This document shows, piece after piece, positions 1 to 9,214 of a DNA stretch of 64,000 nucleotides (position 1 is the stretch's first letter; every line of letters starts with the position of its first letter). Location of the stretch: positions 55,190,882-55,254,881 of the forward strand of contig JARFYF010000063.1 of NCBI GenBank assembly GCA_030265395.1, in the 5' to 3' direction. The stretch comes from Rhina ancylostomus (lineage: Eukaryota). The notes under the pieces were generated by a model. It saw nothing but the letters and a program-made list of their open reading frames with translations, had not been told where the DNA came from and searched no databases. Position numbers and translations under genes: made by a program.

Positions 1-14
1 GGTTAGAGAGATCT

Positions 15-90
15 TAGAACATTACAGCACAGTACAGGCCCTTCAGCCCACAATGTTGTGCTGACATTTAATCCTGCTCTATGTTCCTAC
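15..90 (-). mobile_element. CR1-LINE/SINE 3' tail fragment
   Basis: acagcacagtacaggcccttcagcccaca is the reverse complement of the tail shared by CR1 and SINE copies in this window. Confidence 0.6.
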
Positions 91-964
91 ATAGCATATA
101 TTGTGTATATATACACACCTTTAAGAACTATGTAGTATGACTTTTGCCATATTGTAGTATCAGCCACTTTTAAGTTGAATATTATTCATCATGATTAAAG
201 AATGTTTGGCCGGAAGTTCCATCTAGTTTACAAGCCTGACTAAATAGTGATATAGAGAGAAGTTACGGACATTGCATGTGACAATTTGCAGTTTTCATTA
301 TTAATCATAGGTGTTTAAAATAATATTAATCAAAATGCCAAACAGATTTATGGACTTGTTGTGAATGTGATTTCTCCAATTCAATAGGGACATAAGCCTA
401 TAAGGGAAACAGCTGTCTAACCACAACCAGCAAGGGAAACAGCTGGATTCACAGCAACAGTGGTCATTTCTACAGTCAGGAGCATTTAGAAATTTCTGAA
501 CTCCAGTGCAAGCCCCATTTAGGACCATGTTACATCATAGAGAAAGTAATGATGAGTAAATGGAAAGCTAATTCAAGAGAATGTAATATAATGGACGCAA
601 CACACCAACGAATTACAATCGCAGAAAGAAAAAATTTCTCACTTAATTATGCCCAAGTGCTGGATATCAAAAAAAATCTTGACTTTGAAACTTGCTAAGT
701 TTTCCACAGATGTCACCATCATCTGTACAGTGAAGTGGAAAGCAATGTAGTGGAGAATCAGTGACTTCTGCAAACTTCCTTGGTGACAGTGCAGTTAAAT
801 GTACTGGACCATTTGGAGAGGGAAGGATCTGCCTTCATATCTAAAGGTGAGCTGGTCAGGGACTGGAGAAGTTACCTCAGTGCCTGTAGTTAGAAGGTCA
901 TGGTGACAAAGAGGGGGAAAAAAGATTCAGAAGGGACCTGCACCAACTTACAACATGAACAGCA

Positions 965-1270
965 CACCAGAGCAGCCAGTAGAACCACTGCTTCACAGCT
1001 CCAGAAACCCATTTTCAATCCTGACCTCTGGAGTTCTCCCTATAATCACACAAGGTTCCTTGGACATCCTAAAAGGTGTGTGGGTTAGTTGGTTAATTGG
1101 CCACTGTAAAATTTCCCTGTGTGTAGGCGAGTGGTAGAATCTTGGGGGAGATGATGAGATTGTGGAGAGAATAAAGTGGCTTACTATAGAATTAGTGTAA
1201 ATGGGTGGCTGATGGCTGGTGTGGACTCAATGGGCCGAAGGGCTTGTTTCTCTGCAGAGTGACTCTATAA
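965..1270 (+). mobile_element. tRNA-derived V-SINE (HE1-like), internally deleted
   Basis: B-box-like ttcaatcc; ggccactgtaaa core; tail atgggccgaagggc shared with copies at 36020 and 44170. Confidence 0.75.
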
Positions 1271-1319
1271 AATAGTGAATCGAGCAGGTTAAGTCATATG
1301 TGGGCAAAAGAAAGATGGG

Positions 1320-1450
1320 GACACAAGCAACTGCAGATGCTGGAAAATGGAGAGAAAATAGAACTGCTGGTCAACTCAGCAGGTCACGCAGCATCTGAGG
1401 AGGGAAATGGACAGTCAAAATTTTGGGTTGAGACCCTTCATCTGGACAGA
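1320..1450 (-). mobile_element. Penelope-like terminal repeat fragment with degenerate hammerhead motif
   Basis: ctgcagatgctgg...gcagcatctg...gagacccttcatc block also present at 5410 and 8199. Confidence 0.65.
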
Positions 1451-1602
1451 TGGGAATAGTCTTAAATATTGATTCTAGGCTTTTCACGACATCAGGCCAT
1501 CGCGAAGTCCCATTTTAATTTAGTTACGGTTGCAGAGTGGGAAATGCAACCAACAATTTGCACAAGTGTCCTCTGTGTGACATGAGACTGAATAATATGT
1601 TT

Positions 1603-2332
1603 TAGAATCAGATTATTATCACTGACATATGACGTGAAATTTGTTTTTGTGGCAGCAGTACAGTGCAAAGACAAATTTACAAATGACAAAAGTAAATAGT
1701 GCAACAAAAATAACGAGGCAGCACAGTAGTGTAGTGGTTAGCATAACGCTATCACAGTGCTAGTGATCGGGGTTCATTCCCTGCTGCTGTCCGTAAGAAG
1801 TCTGTATGTTCTCCCCATTACTGCGTGGGTTTCCTCCAGTTTCCTCCCACATTCCAAAGACATACGGGTTAGGAGGTTAAAATTTAAATCTTAAATTTTA
1901 TTTACAGCAATGGTAACAGGCCCTTCTGGCCCAACGAATCCACACTACCCATTTTTTCAAACCCCAAATTAACCTACCTGTACATCTTGGGAACGTAGGA
2001 GGAAACCGGAGCACCTGGAGGAAAACCACGCAGACACGGGAGAACGTACAAACTCCTTGCAGGTTGGGCGGCACTGATTAGTTGGGTCGGAAGGGCCTGG
2101 TACCGTGCTGTATAAATAAAGTTTTAAAGTTTGAGGTAGTGTTTATGGACCATTCAGATACCTGAAGGCAGAGGGGAAGAAGTTATTTCTAAATCATTGA
2201 GTGTTGGTCTTCAGGCTCCTGTACTTCCTTCAGATGGTGAGGGTCCTTAATGATGGATGCTGCCTTCTTGAAGCACCACCTCTTGAAGACGTCCTCAGAG
2301 GTGGGAAGGGTTGTGCCCGTGATGGAGTTGGA
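1603..2332 (-). mobile_element. Rex1/Babar-type LINE 3' end, split by a SINE (1603-1716 and 2132-2332)
   Basis: Reverse complement of the Rex1-like copy at 4190-4507; same off-frame peptide RAQP.PPLRTSSRG.ASR. Confidence 0.8.
1717..2130 (+). mobile_element. tRNA-derived V-SINE containing an inverted copy of its own family (1880-2060)
   Basis: A-box tagtgtagtgg, B-box ggttcattcc, V-domain tgttctcccc...gcgtgggtttcctcc, tail gaagggcctggtaccgtgctgta. Confidence 0.85.
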
Positions 2333-2934
2333 GGACTATTAGTTGAAGGGTTAATGTTGAATGAGATACCAAGGAGAACCCTTGTGCTCATCAAAGAGCA
2401 ATGTGTAATCATTTAAGCACAGGCAAGCAAGCAGAAGTAGCCTAGGCTTAGTGAAACATTGGCTTTGTACCATTCCTGTAGCATGGTAGTCAAGTGTCAG
2501 CCTGGGTTTTGTGGCCTGTCCTATGGAGTGGGACCTGAACTCCTGATTTTCTGATATGGGCAAGAGTGCTCCTCATTGAACCAAATGCTAACCCATTGAT
2601 ATTTCTCCCACCCTTATCAAATTGAGACTTATGCAAGAACAGTGGATGAAATTAACTGGCAATTGGACAATCATGGGTCAGATCTTCATCTCCAGAGAAA
2701 GAGTAAGGAAAAGTGAAAGGATGGAAAGCTATTCTGGTTGTTCTTTTGTGCTAGGTATAGCCTATGGAATGGTAAAGGAGGCAACAATCAAAGTGTGCTC
2801 TGACTAAAGCCAAAGTCAAAATTTAAAATGTTATTAATATTTAATGATACATTAAATTCTCTCTTTACACTCTTTACTGATAAGATCTTAATTCTATTTG
2901 CTCCCTGCCTTCTGAAGTCCATAGCATGTTGAAG

Positions 2935-3200
2935 CTGACTAGCTGGTCTCCTCTAAAGATTATATCCCAAATCTGGCAATCTCCTCACAAAATTGCTGCA
3001 ACTTCTCTCATGGTATCATCCACTGCCTGTAGTGTGGTGCCAAGAAATGCATCCAGTACCCCAACTGTGGTCCAAGGAGCATTTCAGAGCTCTGGCCCAG
3101 TATCCCTGTTGTTGTATTCCATGCCTTGGCTAATGAAGGCAAATGTCACATTTGCATTATGACCTTGTGCAGCAGTCTTGTTCCCTTTAGGGATCTGAGA
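2935..3200 (-). mobile_element. Old CR1-type LINE fragment
   Basis: Degenerate reverse complement of the CR1 RT C-terminal region (RPQLxYCxxFW-like) seen at 62600-62760. Confidence 0.5.
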
Positions 3201-3242
3201 CTTTTAGATTCCTTTGCTCCAAAACACTTTAAATTACTTTAA

Positions 3243-3567
3243 GATACCCAGGAATGAACATCACCAATAGCCTGTCCTGGTCCAACCACACTGATGCCCT
3301 GGTCAAGAAAGCTCACCAGCACCTCTTCCTCCCTAGTATGATAGGATGGACTCTTGACCTCAATCAACCTTGTTATAGCCTTGTACCTTATTGTCGACTT
3401 GCACTGCACTTTTTCTGTAGCAGTATCACTTTACTCTGCATTCTGTATTGTTTTACCCTGTACTACTTCAATGCACTGTGTAATGAATTGATCTGTGTGA
3501 ACAGTATGCAAGATAAGATTTTCCACTGTACCTTGGTACAAGTAACAATAATAAACAAATTCCAATT
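3243..3567 (+). mobile_element. Rex1-type LINE 3' fragment with internal deletion
   Basis: Peptide NITNSLSWSNHTDALVKKAHQHLFL followed by LINE 3'UTR ending aataataaacaaattccaatt. Confidence 0.75.
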
Positions 3568-3569
3568 TT

Positions 3570-5010
3570 GCAGATGGCATGGGGAATATGAAAGGATATA
3601 GATCTGTTGGAAATTTGGGTGGAGAAATGGCAGATAAAGTTTAATCTGGCCAAGGGAGAACTGTTGCATTTGGGAGGTTAATTTGTAAAAGTATGCAGTA
3701 AATGGCAGGATCCTTTGGAGCACTGACGTATCAAAGGATAGTGAGGTGCAAGTCCAAAGCTCCCTGAAAGTGGCAAAATAAATAGATCGGGCAGTAAAAG
3801 GTGGCGTACAGCATACTTGCCTTTTTCAGTTAGAGTATTGAGTATAAAAGTTGGCAAGTCATGTTGCAGTAACTTTGGTTAGGCCACATTTGGCCAGTCT
3901 TCACTGAACAGTCAGCAGTGGAAAGGGCGAACAGCTTCCAGTTCCTGGGTGACTACATCTCAGGGGATCTATCCTGGGCTCAACACATTGATACAATCAA
4001 TCATAAAGACACACCAGCAGCTCTACTTCATTAGGAGTTTGAGGAGATTTGGCATGTCACCAAAGACTCCTGCAAATTTCTACAGATGTGCAGTGGAGAG
4101 CATTCTGACTGGTTGTATCACCACCTGGTATGGAGGCTCCAATACACAGGATCAAAAGAAGCTGCAGAGGATTATGGATTCAGCCAGCTTCATCAAGGGC
4201 ACAACCCTCCCCACCATTGAGGACATCTTCAAGAGGCAGTGCCTCAAGGTTGTGGCATCCATCATTAAGGACCCTCACCACAAAGGATGTGCCCTCTTCA
4301 CATTACTACCATCAGGGAACACCCACACTCATCGTTTCAGGAACAGCTTCTTCCCCTCCACCAACAAATTTCTGAAGGTTCCATGAACACAACCTCATTA
4401 TTCCCCCTTTTGTAACATAGTAATTTTTATGTCTCAATATCTCACACTGTAATGCTGCCACAAAACAAATTTCACAACACATCAGTGATAATAAACCGGA
4501 TTCTGATTATTGTGTACGTTTCTGGTCACCACACCAAAAGGAAAGATATGGAGGCTTTGGAGAGTGTGCAGAAGACATTCACTGGGATGTTGCCAGGTTT
4601 GCAGTGTATTGGCTATAAGGAGAGGTTGGAAAACTTGGACTATTTTCTCTGGAGCATTGGTGACTGCAGGTCGACATGACAGGAGTATACAAGAGACAAC
4701 AGATTAGGGAGCAAGAGCTTTTTCCCCGGGTTGGAAATGACAAATACTAGAGGGTATAGCTTTAAGGTGGGAGGGGCAAAGTTAAAGTTTTGCAAGTCAA
4801 GCATTTTTTTTAAAAAGTAGAGTGGTAGATGCTTGTGAATGTGCTGCCAGGGGAGGAAGGAGAAGCAGAAGCAGATATTAGGCATTTGAAAAGACACATG
4901 AACAGGTAGGGAAGAGGGATTATAGACCATGACGGCATATGGGATTAGTTTAATTTGGCATCATAGTCAGCACAGATATGATGGGCTAAAGGGCCTGTTT
5001 TGTGCCATAC
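3570..5010 (+). mobile_element. CR1 LINE 3' fragment (3570-3893 and 4508-5010) interrupted by a Rex1-type insertion
   Basis: WVEKWQIKFN, VRPHL | YCVxFW, KDMEALESVQKTFTGMLPGL motifs; CR1 tail atgggctaaagggcctgt. Confidence 0.85.
3894..4507 (+). mobile_element. Rex1/Babar-type LINE 3' end (RT C-terminal remnant)
   Basis: ORF 3949..4386 QQLYFIRSLRRFGMSPKT..NFYRCAVESILTGCITTWYG...RFRNSFFP; tail gtgataataaaccggattctgatt. Confidence 0.88.
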
Positions 5011-5409
5011 TTTTTTTTTATATTTGTGTGCTTTTCCTTGGCACCTCTAACAAATGTAGGCCCTCCCCAGGTTATGCAGGACTCCATTCCTGCAAATGGT
5101 TTATTACCTGAACAGTTCACAAGTTGGAAATGCAGCTACCTGGCAACACAATTAAATGACATAGGCCAGATTTAACTCCACATTGCCCTTGATTGAAGGT
5201 TTCACTCAAATTTTTTTTGCAAGATGCAATCTGATTTCTCTGCAAGATGCAATGTTACCATAAACCACGTTCTCACATGGATGAAATTGCCTACAGCAGC
5301 TGGCAAATCCATCCCACCATTCTCCCAAATGCTCGTTGGTAATGTACAGGCTGTATGCAAGTCAGGCATTCATCAACCTGGGGAGAATCTGTATCCTCCA
5401 AAAGAATGA

Positions 5410-5535
5410 AGACAAGAGACTGTAGATGCTGGAATCTGGAGCAACATAACCTGGTCCAGATGAAGGGTCTCAACCCAAAACATCTACTGTCCATTTCCCT
5501 CTGTAGATGCTGCCTGATCTGCTGAGTTCCACCAA
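5410..5535. mobile_element. Penelope-like inverted-terminus deletion derivative with hammerhead-like motif on +
   Basis: Head gacaagagactgtagatgctggaatctggagcaac joined to the reverse-orientation block ccagatgaagggtctcaaccc...gatgctgcctgatctgctgagttcc. Confidence 0.7.
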
Positions 5536-5804
5536 AAGGAATGGCAATTTGAGTTAATGACCTGCTGAGGAACACTAGGTGCTCTGGAAAGGTGCTCATC
5601 CCCACAGTTTTGTTAAGTTATTAACTTGAGGATAGTTCTCTGGTTTTATTGAAAGTGATTTTGGACACCAAATCTTTCTCATAGATGAGAATCTGATATC
5701 TTTGTCTCACTATTCCTGATTTACTAAATGTTTAAATTACTTCATTTTAGGCCAATATCAAGTACAAATAATATTCAAGCTATGATTGGTTCATGGAATT
5801 AAAA

Positions 5805-6120
5805 GAGACAGCATGTAAACACGTCCTTCAGGGCAACTGGATCCATACCAACCACCCATTTATACTAATCCTACACAAATCCCATTTTTATTATTCTCAA
5901 CACATTCCCACTTCTGACCCCAGATTCTATCACTCACCTACACACTAGAGGAAATTTACAGTGCCCATTTAACCTTTCAGCCAACACATCTTTAGGACCA
6001 GAACACTGAGGAAACCCATGTGATCACAAAGAGAACACACACACAAAAAAAATCAACAGAGAGAGCACCATCGAACCTGGGTGGCTGGAGCTGGTAGGCA
6101 GCAGCTCTACTAACCACATC
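5805..6120 (-). mobile_element. V-SINE (HE1-like)
   Basis: Reverse complement of the 965 and 44170 family (ccagattcta.cactcacctacacact...aatttacagtg; tcgaacctggg). Confidence 0.8.
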
Positions 6121-6289
6121 CCTATGAAAGATATAATCAGTTATAAAATGTTAGTTTACAATTATGACTTTTACAAGCCAAATTCTAGAATGTAGATAAA
6201 AGAATGCACATTAGAAGTAGCAAAACACATGCATTGGATTACATTCTCATTGTTTTCTGTTATTAAGAAAAAAGGCCAATGTTGACACT

Positions 6290-6495
6290 TTACCGGTCAG
6301 GAATATTCTACAGAGAGTCAAACAGATCACACTTCAGACTATTGACCCGTCAGTGGAAAGATTGCAATAATAGTTCATCTACCCAAAACGATAACATTTT
6401 CTCTCCCTTGAGAAGCTGCCTAATCAGAGTATTTTTAGCACTTCCTGATGGTGAGGTTTCCAGCAGCTTTAGTATTGCTTTTGTATTTCAGCACA
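6290..6495. mobile_element. Degenerate palindromic Penelope-terminus-derived MITE-like element
   Basis: ccaaaacgataacattttctctcc...gctgcct...agtatt...agcact resembles the copies at 16365 and 53912. Confidence 0.45.
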
Positions 6496-7434
6496 AATTC
6501 ATTGGACACTTAAATATCTTTATCGATATCTGGAAGAGCTCTTAACTTATAAGAAATTAAATGATGTCATCAGCATCAAGGATTTAACTGATGTTACCAA
6601 AGCANNNNNNNNNNNNNNNNNNNNNNNNNNNNNNNNNNNNNNNNNNNNNNNNNNNNNNNNNNNNNNNNNNNNNNNNNNNNNNNNNNNNNNNNNNNNNNNN
6701 NNNNGGGATCATGGCACATCAGGGGCAACATATTAGAGCCTGGGACTCTAGCAATAACAGGGCAAGAGTTTGAGCCTCTGACTGATGAAGTAATCGACCA
6801 ACCAAATGCACTTGTTCAGCTCCACAGTGGCAAAAGCCTTGCTGTCCTGGGAGTGCCCAACAATGGTCACCCATAGAACTATATAATCCAAGTTCCTCTC
6901 CAATGACCCAGCAACATTGCACATGAAATCACATCATTTGTTACATGTGGCCCAACATGGAAATAACATTGGAGCTCAAGGGTGAAGGCCAACCAATAAT
7001 GCCAAGTCCAATTTCTGAAGTGAGGAAAACAAGCCAGAAGCGATTGTTATCTCATTCCACTGAGGGTGGGGAGAAGCAATACTATTGGATAATGTTTGTT
7101 TTTGTTTTCAAACATTATCTAATGACTATTTTGACAACTACTGATTGAACTGAAAACCAATTATATGACAATTCCAGACCATCAGAATGCACTATTTCTA
7201 TTAGTACAGGGCTATCTAAGAATTCTGTTATTTATACGAATTCTGCCAAGTATCTTTGGATAACAGTCTGCTTCTTACCAGGACAATTCTCTCATTTCCC
7301 AATGTTTAAATTTATTGGGATAATTTTCTATTAATATCTCAGTTTTACATGTTCATTGTACTTACAAAAAAAACCCCGACACGAGGGAGACAACCTTGAT
7401 ATCACTTTGCCACCCTTGGGAGCAGCTTATCAAA

Positions 7435-7755
7435 GAACACGAGCAGTGTTGAACCTCTGCATGATAACTCCATTCATGCTCCAGGTGGGTGTTGGTGAAC
7501 AGCACTGAGGGAATGTTACTTTGTTGTAGGTGTGGTCTTTTGGCGAGGATGTTAAAAGCTTCTTTGCTTAGAGATGAGCAGAGAGCCAATACATTTGAAT
7601 AGTGGAGAGCTCATGTGCCCTGATGAACATTCCTCCCAGTTAATACTACCGAAAGAACATCAACTTGGGGACCTGTTTTATGCGAATGAGTCACTACATT
7701 AGTGATTGTGCTTGAAAAGGAATCCATTGATTGTGAAGGTGAAGCAACATTTCAT
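7435..7755 (+). mobile_element. Deu-domain SINE remnant
   Basis: acagcactgagggaatgttactttgttgtaggtgtggtcttttggcgaggatgttaaa resembles the recalled Deu core. Confidence 0.55.
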
Positions 7756-8198
7756 GCAGCGGAGGCAATTTTATGTTAACAGAAAATGTCAGATTGATTC
7801 ATTGGGTACTGCTCCTACACTATTTACTTTAGTACCAGGAAAAGCACAGAACTATAGTATGATAGATTTAGTTTTAAAGAAATTTAATTGGGTGGAAAAA
7901 GATTAATAGATGAAAAATCAGAAATGATTCAGTGCTACAAAATCTCAACAAAACAATTTTATTCACTTACTAATTTCTGCACATTTTGAATCCTGATTTT
8001 AAACTATTTGGATTCCTCAAGAGTGGCAAGCTTCTTTCACTTCTCTTCCTCAAATCATGGCAGATGATGTTTTTGAGCTTAGGAACTCAAATCCCAGCAG
8101 CCTCAGGAATGACTGAGTCTGATGAAAAATTGACAGACCCACACACACACAAAATAGAAAAAAGGAGAGATGAGGAGAAGACTGAACAGAGATGGAGT

Positions 8199-8630
8199 AC
8201 ACAAGACTGCAGATGCTGGAAACCTGAAGCAACACAATGCTGGAGGAATTCAGGTCAGGCAACACCTATGGAGGGAAATGGACAGCTGACAATTTCAGGT
8301 TGAGACCCTTCATCGGGACTGGAAAGAAAGGGTAGAAGCCAGTATAAAAAAGTGTGGAGCAAGAGCTGGCAGGCAGTAGATAACTCCAGGTTCGGGCAGG
8401 GGAGATAGAGAGACAGGTGGGGGAGTGCGAGTGGAAATGATGCAGGAAGCTGGGAGGTGATAGGTGGAAGTAACAAAGGGTTGAAGAAAATGGAATCTGA
8501 TAGGAGAGGACAGTGAACCACGGAATAAAGCACAGGAGGTGAGGAGGGGAACTAGAGGGAGGAAAGTATGGGTGATGGGTATATCAAGGGGGCAGGGGAG
8601 AGAGAGGGTGATGGGGCAAGAGCAAAATGG
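8199..8630 (-). mobile_element. Penelope-like element terminal region (hammerhead-like motif plus pyrimidine-rich tract)
   Basis: Same terminal block as 1320 and 5410, followed by ~300 nt of purine-rich + strand. Confidence 0.7.
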
Positions 8631-9214
8631 CAAATAAGAATCCACTCTGGGAAAGTAATCATTATAAAATATAACATGCAAGCTGGCTAAACAGGATGTT
8701 TTAGAGCAAACTGACAAAACATTTCAACGGATACCTTTGATACAGAANNNNNNNNNNNNNNNNNNNNNNNNNNNNNNNNNNNNNNNNNNNNNNNNNNNNN
8801 NNNNNNNNNNNNNNNNNNNNNNNNNNNNNNNNNNNNNNNNNNNNNNNNNNNNNNNNNNNCCAAGTGTCAGCTTGCAGTTAAATACTGACTGGGATGTGCT
8901 GGTATGAATTGGGGAGGGGAGCGAGGGTAGGGGCAGAGTGTGGAGAAAGGAGTTATTAGTGTGCGAACAGCTTACAACCACTTCTCAGATCAGCCACTGG
9001 GTCATTAGAGAATCTGGTATGTGCTTAGATAAGATATTATAAAGATGGTAATGCTGACAATGCCCAATCCACAACTTGGTCAAGGAGCCGAGCTCTCACC
9101 ATCCAAAACACATAAAAAGCAACAGTTATGATCAGAGAAGCACAAATAACTGCAAACACAACCTCATGCCTCAAGTATTCTAGAACATTCATTCCATTTC
9201 AAAAAATAAAAACA

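Larger units (their letters stand above)
1480..2592 (-). mobile_element. Deu-domain SINE (SacSINE1/AmnSINE1-like), split into ~1480-1602 and ~2333-2592 by later insertions
   Basis: The two halves join colinearly and resemble the copy at 55705-56000; head agtgtcagcctgg...ggagtgggacctgaac. Confidence 0.6.

Noticed and set aside
3949-4386. 145 aa ORF as a host gene
   Set aside because: Truncated, frameshifted Rex1-type reverse transcriptase remnant
8255-8717. Leu/Pro/Ser-rich minus-strand ORFs
   Set aside because: Translation of the pyrimidine-rich tract of a Penelope-like repeat
1-9200. Possible 3' end of a convergent neighbour gene (COLGALT2 in human synteny, from memory)
   Set aside because: No matching peptide or ER-retention C-terminus seen; the region is mostly repeats
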